Part shown: piece after piece, positions 1 through 10,396 of the stretch
How positions within the stretch are numbered: the stretch's first letter is position 1
How the letters are laid out: the number at the start of each line of letters is the position of its first letter
Assembly (NCBI GenBank): GCA_963607345.1
Contig: CAVDBL010000004.1
Span: 73,627-137,626 of the forward strand
DNA from: Bifidobacteriaceae bacterium
GTDB lineage: Bacteria; Bacteroidota; Bacteroidia; Bacteroidales; Marinilabiliaceae
DNA: 64,000 bases
Reading direction: 5' to 3'
The notes under the pieces: model-generated
Told to the model about the DNA's origin: nothing
The model's input: the letters and a program-made list of their open reading frames with translations, nothing else
Databases searched by the model: none
Position numbers and translations under genes: made by a program

Positions 1-3000
1 TCTCCGATGCTAATGGCGGCAAGATCGAGTTCCGCGACTCCGACCTTGGCTCTCTGACCGCTGGCACCTATACTTACTCAGTAGTTTGTAGCTTCAGCGG
101 CTGCCTCCAGCCAATGGCTAACAACGTGACTGTCACCATATACGATAAGCCTACGACGTTCACCGTATCTGCTGCGAATGATGGTTACTATTGCCACGAC
201 GACGAGGACGGTGTAACCGTCACAGTTGAGGGTTCACAAAGTGGTCTCATCTACAAGCTCGTCAACAAGGTAACGGGTGGTATCGTAGCTCAGGAGCTTG
301 GTCATGCCGATGGCAGTGCTATCGAGTTCCTCAACATCCTCAAGGGTGAGTACTATGTTGAGGTCTCCATACCCAACACCGATGGCTGTGTTACCGTCCT
401 TAACGATGTAACAGTAGCTCAGCTCGCCGAGCCTGCGACAATCAATGCCACTATCAGTGAGGTCGGTACTACCGGTGCAGGTTCTAAGGATCTTACCATC
501 TGTGTCGAGAAAGAGTACCAAATCACTGTCTCTGGTGCTGACTTCGATATGTCCGGTGTCGTAATGCGCAACTACGAGCTCTACGATGCCGACGGCAACC
601 TCATCTCTACCGACATGAATGGTTGCGGTTCATACGACGTTACTAACGGCACCTTCTGCTTCCCGATAATGCAGGCGCTCACGCCTGGCACATACTCATT
701 CGACATTCTAGCTAAGTCGCTCGTCAATCTCTCCGACGGCACTACTCTCGAGTGCAGCAAGATGTTCGTCGGTGTTGTGACGCTGACTGTTAAGGATCAT
801 TCCGTAACAGGCGAGTACCTCACTCTCGACCTCAATCCTCATCCAGAGATTGATTGCTATGGTTCCGATATAACTGTCGAGAATCCTAACCTCTCTGTAA
901 CCGATTCTGTCGAATATCGTCTCTTCAAGGTCGATGATCATGGAGATTACAATGCTCTCGCTCCAATCTCTGTAATCAAGCCTTACGCTGGCGATGACCC
1001 TGTCTTCAAGAACATCAAGGATGCCCTTGGTGACTATGTCGTCCGCGCTTACAATGGCGCTTGCGATGAGCTCGTCGGCACTGTCCATATCGAGAACGAC
1101 CGCTTCGCTCAGATGCAGGAGCTCGAGTTCGACAGCTTCGTCTGCGAAGGCGATGGCGGTGTCAAGGCTCGTATGAAGGATTCCGAGAAGGATGTCACCT
1201 ACACTCTCTACTTCATCTCGCCTGAGCTTTATAAGACCATCAATCCCGAGAACACCTCAATCTCCACAACTGAACTTGCGGAGAATCTCTGGGGTCAGTT
1301 GATGGGTTCTGTGACAGCAACATATGATCACGAGCGCCTCACATTCTCACAACTCGACTATGGCGACGGCAACTTGGTTGACCTCATCACCAAGGAGGGC
1401 TACTACTACGTGACCTCCGTCAAGTCCGGTGCTGTCAACCCATGTCCTACTGCTTCTCCTCTCGTCCAGTTCGTTGTCCTCGACCTGCCTAAGTCGTTCA
1501 GTATCGAGAAGTCCAATCTCTACTGCGACCCGACAGGAACCAACGATGTCTACATCGAGAATGCCGAGTACGATCCCGAGGCTACCATTACTTACTCTCT
1601 CTGGAAGCTCGACGAGTTCGGCAACGCTTCCTACTATGATGAGGTAGTCTCCAACTCTGCAACTGATAAGCCTCTCTACTTCCCCAAGAAGGCTACCGAG
1701 GGTACCTACTACGCTATTGCCGCTAAGCAATACAGCGACAAGTTCGGTGGTAAGATCTGTACTTCAAGGATGCGCTCCGAGCTGAAACTCGTCTACGCTC
1801 CAGTTCTCGATCCTCTTGCGTTCGCCGACACAACCCTCCAGTTCTGCTCTGACGATAATGCTCAGTTTGCACTCAACACTACCGAGCTGAGCAACATGCT
1901 CACAAGTGCGAAGGCCACCCAGTCTGCCATCAAGGGCATCAAGCTCCACCTGACAGAGTACGCCATGTCCCCTGCTGATGACGAGAACAACACCATTGCC
2001 GAGGTCATCTACGACGGCTCTTCCGACGCTGTGTTCTCCGACATGCCTACTGGCAACTTCACCATCTGGGCTTCTTGGTCTTCCGATGAGCCAGAGGATT
2101 TCAATGCATGTCTCGTCGCTATCGGCAATGTCAATGTCAATAAGTACAAAGCCGTTCCTTCCAATGTTATCAACGCTGTGGCTTGCGATAATTCCTACAC
2201 GCTCGACGCTGCATACTGCGTTGAAGGTGCGACATACAAACTTCTTGATGCCGACGGCAACGTTGTCAAGTCCATTGTCTTCGATGCCACCACAACCGAC
2301 ATTACCTTCTCTGACCTCACGACTGGCAACTACACCATCATTGCAGGTCAAGGCGACGGCTCCATCTGTGAGGTCACGATGGGCAAGCTCCTCGTCCGTG
2401 GTCTCCCAACGGTTGCCCAAGGGCATGAGGTTACCTTCTGCGCCGGCGACCCTGTATCTTACACTCTCCCCGAGTCGCTCCTCTTCGACGGTGCTTACTA
2501 CTATGTAACCGACGAAACCAAGACGCCTCAAGATTACGCAGGCGAGCTCCATCGTTACCAAGAGGGTGACGCTCCTCTCGTCCTCAATAACCTCTCCGAT
2601 GGTGTCAACAACATCTGGATTGCATTCAACGGTTTCGACTGCCTCACTAAGGTCGATGTTGTGAATGTCACTCGCTACGCCGAGCTTCCTTCCAACGTTA
2701 TCGATGCCGTAGCTTGCAACGACTCTTACACGCTCGACGCAGCATACTACGTTGAAGGTGCGACATACAAACTTCTTGATGCAGACGGCAACGTTGTCAA
2801 GTCCGTTGTCTTCGATGCCACCACAACCGACATCACCTTCTCTGACCTCACGACTGGCAACTACACCATCATTGCAGGTCAAGGCGATGGCTCCATATGT
2901 GAGGTCACAATGGGCAAGCTCCTCGTCCGTGGTCTCCCAACGGTTGCCCAAGAGCATGAGGTTACCTTCTGCGCTGGTGAGCAAGTGTCTTACACTCTCC

Positions 3001-6000
3001 CCGTGTCGCTCCTCTTCGACGGTGCTTACTACTACGTGACCGACGAAACCAAGACGCCTCAAGATTACGCAGGCGAGCTCCTTCGTTACCAAGAAGTTGA
3101 CGGCTCTCTTGTCTTCAATAACCTCTCCGATGGTGTCAACAACATCTGGATTGCGTTCAACGGTTTCGACTGCCTCACTAAGGTCGATGTTGTGAATGTA
3201 ACTCGCTACGCCGAGCTTCCTTCCAACGTTATCGATGCCGTAGCTTGCAACAATTCGTACAAGCTCGACGCAACCTACTACATTGAAGGCGCGACATACA
3301 AACTTCTTGATGCAGACGGAAACGTTGTCAAGTCCATTGTCTACGATGCCACCACAACCGACATCACCTTCTCTGACCTCGCGACTGGCAACTACACCAT
3401 CATTGCAGGTCAAGGTGACGGCTCCATCTGTGAGGTCACAATGGGCAAGCTCCTCGTCCGTGGCCTCCCAACGGTTGCCCAAGAGCATGAGGTCTCCTTC
3501 TGCGCTGGCGATCCTGTATCTTACACTCTCCCTGAGTCGCTCCTCTTCGACGGTGCTTACTACTATGTGACCGACGGAACCAAGACGCCTCAAGATTACG
3601 CCGGCGAGCTCCATCGTTACCAAGAGGTTGACGGCTCTCTCGTCCTCAATAACCTCTCCGATGGTATCAACAACATCTGGATAGCGTTCAACGGTTTCGA
3701 CTGCCTCACTAAGGTCGACGTTGTGAATGTAACTCGCTACGCCGAGCTTCCCTCCAAAGTTATCAACGCTACCGTTTGTGGTCTCCAGTATGCGATTGAC
3801 AATGCATACCTTGTCAATGGCGCCACCTACGAGCTTTACAGTGCCGACGGCTCTAAGGTCGATAGCCAGACCTATTCCGACGCAAGCACTTCTCTCGCTC
3901 TGACGGCTCTAGTGCCTGGTGATTACACAATCCGCATCGCCCTTGGCACAAGCTCTTGTGAGTCTGTCCTTGGCAACGTCACTTTCCGTGGTGAGATTGA
4001 CGCTACCAACCCAATATCTGCAACAATTGTTGTCTGCGGTGCTTCTAACGCCACATTTACTCTTACTGCCGATGCCTATGTTGACAAGCTCGTCGAGGGT
4101 CTCGTCTACTATGTTGTCGAGCAAGGTCAGACGCCAAGTGGCATCCTCACGACAGGTCGCAAGTATGTCGCAGGTCAGGAGATTACGTTCCGTGGTCTCA
4201 CTGCTGGCGACTACAAGATCTGGGCTTCCTTCGACGGCTATGGCTGCGAGGTCGAGGTAGGTGATGTCCACGTTACCGATGCCGAGTTCGAGAACGTTGA
4301 GCTTATCGCTTCTCTCTCCTGCGATAATGAGTTGACCTTCTCCACCGATACTTCCTATGTAGGCGTAAGCTATCAACTCTATGGTCTCGCCAAGGATAAG
4401 AGCGTCGTCTACACCTCCGACATCATCGCAGGTACAGGTGCCGCAATAACATGGCCTGTCTTTGACTACATCGAGAACGTCAATCGTTACGAGGTTCGTG
4501 CGACGGCAGGCGATTGTCCCGAGACTGTCGTAGGCTCCATCTACAATGGCGGTATCCTCCAAGACTTTGATCCTGTAATCTCCAACTTCACCTCAAATGG
4601 TGGTCAGTGTTCTGGAAACCCGATATCTCTCGTCCTTAGCGAGTCTGTCGAGGGTCTCAATTATTACCTGACTATCGATCCTGACGATGAGCGCACACCT
4701 CTCGCAGGCACCGAGAAGGTAGGTACAGGCGGCAGCTTGACATGGGTCGGTGCTTCGCTCCCAGCATACGCTGATACGACTGTCACCTACTACCTCCACG
4801 TCTACAAAGGCAATCTCGCCACGACAACTTGTATCAACAGCTCTTGGGCTGGAATCAAGATCAACTACGATGAGACCACTTACCCTGTTGGTCATCTCGT
4901 CGCCAAGAACGATGTCCTCGACTACTGCCAAGGTGAGATAGGTATTCGTCTCGGCTACATCAACCAGCCTCGTGTGGGCGAGCTTTATCGCCTCTACAAG
5001 AAGTCAGATGACATCTGGGGCAAGGAGCTTGTAGATATCCAGGAGATTCCTTCTTACATGGATGTCCAACCCGCTGCAACAGACACCCTCTTCTTCAACG
5101 GATGGGGTTATAACGAAAGCAGCAAAGATTACGCAACCTCCGGTATCTACTGGGTCGAGGTTGAAAGTGCCCAAGGCTGCTTGCAACAGACCGACTCCAT
5201 CGAGGTCATCGAGAATCCTCTCCCAGTTCAGGCAACAGACTCCGTCTACGCCATCCTCTTCGATAAGGATGGTATCGCGGACTACTCGACTGTCAATAAG
5301 GAGTATGGTGTCATGGGCGGCAGCCTCGTCTACAGCGCAGGACGTGTAGGCTTCTCATACTACCTCCTCCTCGACGGTGAGGCTATACCTGGTGCCGTCA
5401 TCACCCCAACTGCAAATGGTGATGTGGTCTTCGGTCCTATCTACGATGTTATTACCGATACCGTGACGGTCAACGACACCATCAAGTTGGTTGAACGTCA
5501 AGATATTCTCGAAGATGGTATCCACTGGGGCGAGGGCGTCTACTCCGTCATGGCGGTAGACAATACCACCCAATGCTCCAGCGAGCTCGGCAACGTCACC
5601 TTCGTCGCTGAAGAGCTTACTGCCTACAATGTCTACATCTACCTCAACAAGGGCGAGAACGCGCGTACCATCAACCTTGTTCCTGCCTACGAGGCCGATA
5701 CCGACATCGCCCACAAGGGTAACCACATGTATATCGATTGGAGCTCTCGTTGCGATAGGGTCTACTGCCCTGCCATAACGACTGGAGACGACGGCTACTA
5801 CATCAACGATGAGCAAGTGACCGAATCCTACAACATCTCCGATAACCCCAACTACTTCCTCAAGGGTTACTCCAACATCCGTGGCTCCTACGACAGCAAG
5901 TACCAGAAGTACACAGGTAAGTCAGGTGCTGCTAACGTCTGGTTCAACATCGTACAAGACTCCGAGAAGAAAGTCGCTGGCACCTATGGCTTCATCAACG

Positions 6001-6533
6001 TCGACCATACGACCAATGACTCTTCCGCAGTCGAGATGTCTACCCAAACCGGCTACTTCTTCTACATGAAGCAACCGTCGTTCTATGGTCACGAGGAGAT
6101 TGAGTACTACGTCGAGAACCGTCAGCTGCCGAACCGTATCTCCAATATCGCTAAGATCGAGATCCTTTGCGGTAACGAGGAGACGGGAGACAACGAGTCT
6201 GTATTCCTTATCCCCAACGCCTTCTCGCCAAATGGTGATGGTTACAACGATTACTTCAAGATCATCATCCCAGATAGGTACAAGGCAAATTCCGAGTCCA
6301 AACTCCAAGTCTTCAACCGTTGGGGCACGCTCGTCTACCGCTCCTCTGGTCTCCGCTACGGCGAGGATGAGAACTGGTGGGATGGAACCTCCTCTACTTC
6401 CAATATGGTAACCCTCGGTCAAAACCTGCCTTCGGGTACCTACTACTACGTGTTCACCATAACGTTCATCGACAAGCAACACGCCACAAGGTCTGAACGT
6501 AAGATGCACGGTTACGTCGAACTCCGTAGATAA
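1..6533 (+). CDS. Giant repeat-rich cell-surface protein (SprB-like adhesin), T9SS cargo with type B C-terminal sorting domain; 5' end outside window
   Basis: The frame is open from nt 3 (SDANGGKIEF...) into the listed M at 114, so the CDS enters from upstream. It is >2139 aa of Cys-containing beta-rich modules. The C-terminus (...VFLIPNAFSPNGDGYNDYFKII...FNRWGTLVY...) matches the gliding-motility/T9SS type B CTD as I recall it. Stop is TAA. Confidence 0.85.
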   Translation, partial: SDANGGKIEFRDSDLGSLTAGTYTYSVVCSFSGCLQPMANNVTVTIYDKPTTFTVSAANDGYYCHDDEDGVTVTVEGSQSGLIYKLVNKVTGGIVAQELGHADGSAIEFLNILKGEYYVEVSIPNTDGCVTVLNDVTVAQLAEPATINATISEVGTTGAGSKDLTICVEKEYQITVSGADFDMSGVVMRNYELYDADGNLISTDMNGCGSYDVTNGTFCFPIMQALTPGTYSFDILAKSLVNLSDGTTLECSKMFVGVVTLTVKDHSVTGEYLTLDLNPHPEIDCYGSDITVENPNLSVTDSVEYRLFKVDDHGDYNALAPISVIKPYAGDDPVFKNIKDALGDYVVRAYNGACDELVGTVHIENDRFAQMQELEFDSFVCEGDGGVKARMKDSEKDVTYTLYFISPELYKTINPENTSISTTELAENLWGQLMGSVTATYDHERLTFSQLDYGDGNLVDLITKEGYYYVTSVKSGAVNPCPTASPLVQFVVLDLPKSFSIEKSNLYCDPTGTNDVYIENAEYDPEATITYSLWKLDEFGNASYYDEVVSNSATDKPLYFPKKATEGTYYAIAAKQYSDKFGGKICTSRMRSELKLVYAPVLDPLAFADTTLQFCSDDNAQFALNTTELSNMLTSAKATQSAIKGIKLHLTEYAMSPADDENNTIAEVIYDGSSDAVFSDMPTGNFTIWASWSSDEPEDFNACLVAIGNVNVNKYKAVPSNVINAVACDNSYTLDAAYCVEGATYKLLDADGNVVKSIVFDATTTDITFSDLTTGNYTIIAGQGDGSICEVTMGKLLVRGLPTVAQGHEVTFCAGDPVSYTLPESLLFDGAYYYVTDETKTPQDYAGELHRYQEGDAPLVLNNLSDGVNNIWIAFNGFDCLTKVDVVNVTRYAELPSNVIDAVACNDSYTLDAAYYVEGATYKLLDADGNVVKSVVFDATTTDITFSDLTTGNYTIIAGQGDGSICEVTMGKLLVRGLPTVAQEHEVTFCAGEQVSYTLPVSLLFDGAYYYVTDETKTPQDYAGELLRYQEVDGSLVFNNLSDGVNNIWIAFNGFDCLTKVDVVNVTRYAELPSNVIDAVACNNSYKLDATYYIEGATYKLLDADGNVVKSIVYDATTTDITFSDLATGNYTIIAGQGDGSICEVTMGKLLVRGLPTVAQEHEVSFCAGDPVSYTLPESLLFDGAYYYVTDGTKTPQDYAGELHRYQEVDGSLVLNNLSDGINNIWIAFNGFDCLTKVDVVNVTRYAELPSKVINATVCGLQYAIDNAYLVNGATYELYSADGSKVDSQTYSDASTSLALTALVPGDYTIRIALGTSSCESVLGNVTFRGEIDATNPISATIVVCGASNATFTLTADAYVDKLVEGLVYYVVEQGQTPSGILTTGRKYVAGQEITFRGLTAGDYKIWASFDGYGCEVEVGDVHVTDAEFENVELIASLSCDNELTFSTDTSYVGVSYQLYGLAKDKSVVYTSDIIAGTGAAITWPVFDYIENVNRYEVRATAGDCPETVVGSIYNGGILQDFDPVISNFTSNGGQCSGNPISLVLSESVEGLNYYLTIDPDDERTPLAGTEKVGTGGSLTWVGASLPAYADTTVTYYLHVYKGNLATTTCINSSWAGIKINYDETTYPVGHLVAKNDVLDYCQGEIGIRLGYINQPRVGELYRLYKKSDDIWGKELVDIQEIPSYMDVQPAATDTLFFNGWGYNESSKDYATSGIYWVEVESAQGCLQQTDSIEVIENPLPVQATDSVYAILFDKDGIADYSTVNKEYGVMGGSLVYSAGRVGFSYYLLLDGEAIPGAVITPTANGDVVFGPIYDVITDTVTVNDTIKLVERQDILEDGIHWGEGVYSVMAVDNTTQCSSELGNVTFVAEELTAYNVYIYLNKGENARTINLVPAYEADTDIAHKGNHMYIDWSSRCDRVYCPAITTGDDGYYINDEQVTESYNISDNPNYFLKGYSNIRGSYDSKYQKYTGKSGAANVWFNIVQDSEKKVAGTYGFINVDHTTNDSSAVEMSTQTGYFFYMKQPSFYGHEEIEYYVENRQLPNRISNIAKIEILCGNEETGDNESVFLIPNAFSPNGDGYNDYFKIIIPDRYKANSESKLQVFNRWGTLVYRSSGLRYGEDENWWDGTSSTSNMVTLGQNLPSGTYYYVFTITFIDKQHATRSERKMHGYVELRR
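2157..3749 (+). repeat. Three near-identical in-frame tandem repeats of 531 nt (177 aa) inside the adhesin gene, plus a diverged fourth unit from 3750
   Basis: The unit start CCTTCCAA(T/C)GTTATC recurs at 2157, 2688 and 3219, exactly 531 nt apart. The peptide ...PSNVI(D/N)AVAC(D/N)(N/D)SY(T/K)LDA...TYKLLDADGNVVKS...NNIWIAFNGFDCLTKVDVVNVTRYAEL appears three times with few substitutions. Confidence 0.92.
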
Positions 6534-6552
6534 CTTACTGAATCCTACTATC

Positions 6553-7506
6553 ATGAGTTACATGAGTACTGTAAGCAGATATATCTTAGCTGTGGCCGCG
6601 TTCCTGTCGCTTGCGCACGTCTCCCGTGCGCAAGACCAGGCCGTCTTCAACCACTATATCGCTAACCAGGGTATCTTGAATCCTGCATACAACGGCTCCC
6701 GCGACGTCATTAGCGCCTTGGGCGTCTTCAGGTCGCAATGGACCGGCTTTGAGGGCGCGCCTTTCACTGGCGCTCTCAATGTCCACGGGCAGGTCGACAA
6801 GATGAAAGATCTTGGCGTCGGTGTCGTCATCATGAACGACCATGCTGGTTTCACTAACAATCTCGAGTTCTTCGCCGCAGGCTCCTACAAGCTCCAGATA
6901 GACAAACGAAACGAGATCAGACTCGGTCTTCAAGCTGGCTTCAAGAACGTTATCTATAACGCCAATAAGGCCGTGACTGTCGATTATGGCGATCCCGTCT
7001 TCGATGGACGAATCAGTAAGTTCGGTTTCAACTTCGGTTTCGGTGCGCTCTTCATGGCGAGAAACGGATCCTATTTCGCAGGTCTTAGCATCCCGCGTTT
7101 CTTCGCCAATGACTATGACAGCGATAAGCAGGAGATTAAAAACGTAGTCCGTTTCAAAAACCTCCATACATACATCTATGGTGGTTACGTCTTCTCCGTC
7201 GATGACTACAAGGTCAAACCAACTGCCTTGATCCGTCTTGTCCCCGGTGCGCCTCTTGAGGTCGACATCTCCTGCTCCATGCTCTTCGCCGATAGGTTGT
7301 GGGTTGGTCTCTCTTACCGCACCGTCACGGACATTGTCCTACTCGCTGATTACCAGATAAATCAGTCATGGGCAGTTACCTATTCTTTCGACTTCCCTCT
7401 CAACGATATCAAGAAGTACACTGTCGCAGGTTCTCATGAAATTGGCATCCGCTACGACTTCCAGCTCAAGCGCCGCCCTGGCATGAGAAACATTCGTTAC
7501 TTCTAA
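6553..7506 (+). CDS. PorP/SprF family type IX secretion system membrane protein
   Basis: Signal peptide, then QDQAVFNHYIANQGILNPAYNG, the typical PorP/SprF N-terminal motif, followed by a beta-barrel-like sequence ending in F. It lies directly downstream of a type B CTD cargo gene. Confidence 0.8.
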   Translation: MSYMSTVSRYILAVAAFLSLAHVSRAQDQAVFNHYIANQGILNPAYNGSRDVISALGVFRSQWTGFEGAPFTGALNVHGQVDKMKDLGVGVVIMNDHAGFTNNLEFFAAGSYKLQIDKRNEIRLGLQAGFKNVIYNANKAVTVDYGDPVFDGRISKFGFNFGFGALFMARNGSYFAGLSIPRFFANDYDSDKQEIKNVVRFKNLHTYIYGGYVFSVDDYKVKPTALIRLVPGAPLEVDISCSMLFADRLWVGLSYRTVTDIVLLADYQINQSWAVTYSFDFPLNDIKKYTVAGSHEIGIRYDFQLKRRPGMRNIRYF

Positions 7507-7656
7507 AGCCTAATCCGTTTACTTTCAGCTCCAATCTTTTTCACAAGCTGATAATTTTTAGAAGCCTAAAATATTATCTTTGTAGTGAGTTAGATTTCTC
7601 GGATGCTATAGTCGAAGAAGTGCACTCGTTACTATTAAACTGACATAAGTTCTGAT

Positions 7657-9693
7657 ATGAGATATATTCTGCCAGCGATGATTTTGGTGGGCCTATGCCT
7701 CTCAACGGCTGCTTTCGGTCAAAAAAAGGAGATCCGTAAGGCCAAAGCCGCTTTCAATGACGAGGACTGGTACCATTGTACAGTCTATTACGATCAAGCT
7801 GTCGAGCTCGGTGCTACGCTTGGTCTCGATGACAAGAAGAAAGTTGCCCGCTCTCGTTTTGAGCTTAATCAGGTATCGCGTGCTTATGACGTTTATAGCT
7901 CCATCGAGGACGATCTGACCGATGAGGATATATTCATCTACGCCAAGACACTCCATCGTTTCGGTCTTTATGAGCTCGCCATCGAATGGTACGATAAGGC
8001 TAAGAAGGCCGGTGCCGTCAAAGGCAAGGTGATGCAAGTCAACGACATGATCGCTTCCTGCCGCTGGGCTCTGGCAAATGAGTTCAGCACTGTCAAGGGC
8101 GTTGTCGTCAACCCTGACCTCTCCATCCTCGACGTCAGCATGTCTTTCGGCATCCAGATTTACAACAATAAGATTGTCTACTCCTACGCCCCTGAGAACA
8201 GCGATAAGGTCGATAAGAACGGCTACGCTTTCTTGAATCTCTATACGCAGGACTTCATCGACGGCAAGGTTATCGAGGGCACTCCCAAAGTCTTCTCTCC
8301 CAATCTCCGTTCAGAATACCACGTTGGCGCAATCGCCTTCACGAGCGATAAGAAGCACATCTTCCTCACCAAGACTGTCTACGTCAACAAGGAGCCAAGA
8401 ATTAAGATTTTTGTCGCCGACTACGATGGAAAAGACTGGGTCAACGAGCGTGTAATCGAGTTCGATAGCGACGATTACGATTTCGCTCACCCTGCCGTCT
8501 CTCTCGATGACAAATATCTCTATTTCGTCTCCAACATGCCCGACCATACCAAGATCTATGGTAGGGACGTCAAGAACTATGGTGGCAAGGATATCTACCG
8601 AGCCGAGTTCTCTTCCGATGTCAACCACTTCAGCAAGGTCGAGAATCTTGGCACAGAGGTCAACACCTATGGTGACGAGGTCTATCCCGTAATCAACCCA
8701 GACGGAAAGTTGTATTTCAGCTCCGATACCCGAAATGGTTTCGGTGGTCTCGATATCTTCTGCTCCGAGTATGTCGACGGTAAGTGGCAGAACACGCGCA
8801 ACATGCTCAAGCAGTACAATGGTCCTGGCGACGACTTCTACTATCTCCAATTCTCTGCCGACAAGCCCGACGGCTTCCTCTCCCGCTACGACTTCGATAA
8901 CAACCGTGACATGTTCATGGATGTCAAGACTTTCGAGGTCAATGCCGACGAGATGAGCGAACTCCCTCCTGTGTTCGGTGCCGAGAATCTCACGATGCCT
9001 AACGACGAGATCACTCCAGCTGCCGAGGTCGCTAAGGTCGAGACGATGGATTTCTCCGTCAAGATCACCAGTACCTATAACAACGAGATAATCGAAGGTG
9101 CCCGTCTCACGATGTCCGAGGAGGAGAACGATTCCAAAATCGACTCCGGTCTCTCAGGCTCCGATGGCTTTGTCACAATCTCCGTACCTGTTTCTAAACT
9201 CTCCAATGGTCGCGAGGTTATCATCGAGGTAAAAAAGGACGGCTACAACGAAAAGACCATCCAAGCAACCGAGGATGAGATTGTCGACATCGCAAAGGAA
9301 GGTATCAAGCTGACCCCAATTTTCAACGACGCTGTCCTCGACGACATCTCCGGCATGGTTATCCACTACGACAACGATCTCGACGATGCTGCAAAAGCTA
9401 CGCTCGACAAGCTCGCCGGCTACCTTGTCAACGCTCCCCAAGTGACTGTCAAGCTCAACGCTCATACAGAGGCCAAAGGCAATCGCTACAACAATCTCAA
9501 TGTTTCCCAGAATATGGCCGACGCTGCAAAGGATTACCTCGTTGCCAAGGGTGTCAAGCCTTCTCAGCTTATCCCTCGCGGCTATGGTGAGCGTTACCTC
9601 ATCAACCGTTGCCATCGTGGCGTCTATTGCGATGCCTCTCAGCACAAGGTTAACCGCCGAATTGAGGTTGTCGTTTGGAATGTAGCAAAGTAG
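7657..9693 (+). CDS. OmpA-family outer-membrane/peptidoglycan-associated protein with N-terminal TPR-like and beta-propeller-like regions
   Basis: C-terminal OmpA_C-like region: ...VKLNAHTEAKGNRYNNLNVSQNMADAAKDYLVAKGV...GYGE...NRRIEVVV. It has a signal peptide and is the third gene of the cargo-PorP-OmpA cassette. Stop is TAG. Confidence 0.78.
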   Translation: MRYILPAMILVGLCLSTAAFGQKKEIRKAKAAFNDEDWYHCTVYYDQAVELGATLGLDDKKKVARSRFELNQVSRAYDVYSSIEDDLTDEDIFIYAKTLHRFGLYELAIEWYDKAKKAGAVKGKVMQVNDMIASCRWALANEFSTVKGVVVNPDLSILDVSMSFGIQIYNNKIVYSYAPENSDKVDKNGYAFLNLYTQDFIDGKVIEGTPKVFSPNLRSEYHVGAIAFTSDKKHIFLTKTVYVNKEPRIKIFVADYDGKDWVNERVIEFDSDDYDFAHPAVSLDDKYLYFVSNMPDHTKIYGRDVKNYGGKDIYRAEFSSDVNHFSKVENLGTEVNTYGDEVYPVINPDGKLYFSSDTRNGFGGLDIFCSEYVDGKWQNTRNMLKQYNGPGDDFYYLQFSADKPDGFLSRYDFDNNRDMFMDVKTFEVNADEMSELPPVFGAENLTMPNDEITPAAEVAKVETMDFSVKITSTYNNEIIEGARLTMSEEENDSKIDSGLSGSDGFVTISVPVSKLSNGREVIIEVKKDGYNEKTIQATEDEIVDIAKEGIKLTPIFNDAVLDDISGMVIHYDNDLDDAAKATLDKLAGYLVNAPQVTVKLNAHTEAKGNRYNNLNVSQNMADAAKDYLVAKGVKPSQLIPRGYGERYLINRCHRGVYCDASQHKVNRRIEVVVWNVAK

Positions 9694-9718
9694 CACCATC
9701 TCTCAAACTATCAAGTCA

Positions 9719-10375
9719 ATGAAAATCTCTATTCTGGCTCTTGCGCTCATTCCTTCACTATCTCTCGCCTCTGTCGCGTCAGCGCAAAGCAGTGTTGACG
9801 AGCTCCGTACTTCAAAGCAGATAGTATCCTGGACTGATGCCGACCTGCCAGTCTATTCCATCCAAATCTCTGCCACGCGCACTGCTCCCGCCGATGCCTC
9901 TTTCGCAAAAGGTCTCGACGTAGTCTATGAGTACACCGCTGCCGATGGTCTCATAAAGTTCTACTACGGCAAGTACGCCACCTATGCCGATGCCAACAAG
10001 GCTCTCCAAGGCGTGCGCCGTAACGGCTTCAAGGAGGCTTTCATCGTCAATCTTCGCGGAGGCGCAGCTAAGCCTTCAGCTGTAAAATCGCAAGTCGGCA
10101 AGGTTGTGACGGTCGGTGGCAAACCCATTGAGCTTGACCCAAACACTGATTATGTCATTCAAGTAGGTGCTTTCCGCTATCCTCTCTACATCTCTTTCTT
10201 CGAGAATGTCGGTGAGGTCTACGAGTACCGTCTCAACGACAAAATATTCCGCTATACGACGAAGCCCATCAAGGGCTCTGAGGTCGAGTCCGAGATGGCT
10301 CGCGTAAAGTCTCTCGGCTATGACAAAGCTTTCGTTGTTGAATATTCTCTCTATCAACCCTACAAGATTGAGTAG
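9719..10375 (+). CDS. Secreted protein with two SPOR-like repeats
   Basis: Signal peptide, then two segments of the type YSIQISATR...FYYGKYATYADANKALQGVRRNGFKEAFIV and YVIQVGAFRYP...KSLGYDKAFVV. Stop is TAG. Confidence 0.55.
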   Translation: MKISILALALIPSLSLASVASAQSSVDELRTSKQIVSWTDADLPVYSIQISATRTAPADASFAKGLDVVYEYTAADGLIKFYYGKYATYADANKALQGVRRNGFKEAFIVNLRGGAAKPSAVKSQVGKVVTVGGKPIELDPNTDYVIQVGAFRYPLYISFFENVGEVYEYRLNDKIFRYTTKPIKGSEVESEMARVKSLGYDKAFVVEYSLYQPYKIE

Positions 10376-10396
10376 GGTGGGGTAGTATCCTCAAAA

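Noticed and set aside
1764-3623. 619-aa minus-strand ORF antisense to the adhesin gene. Similar long antisense ORFs occur at 14731-16215, 16408-18189, 18962-20548, 21327-21998, 32970-33947 and elsewhere.
   Set aside because: They lie opposite genes with clear homology-type motifs. Their low-complexity, R/G/V/E-rich translations are what the reverse frame of GC3-biased genes typically produces, and they disappear where GC3 bias is lost.
2157-3749. Regular repeats considered as a CRISPR array or minisatellite
   Set aside because: The units are 531 nt, contiguous with no spacers, in frame and protein-coding within a single ORF.
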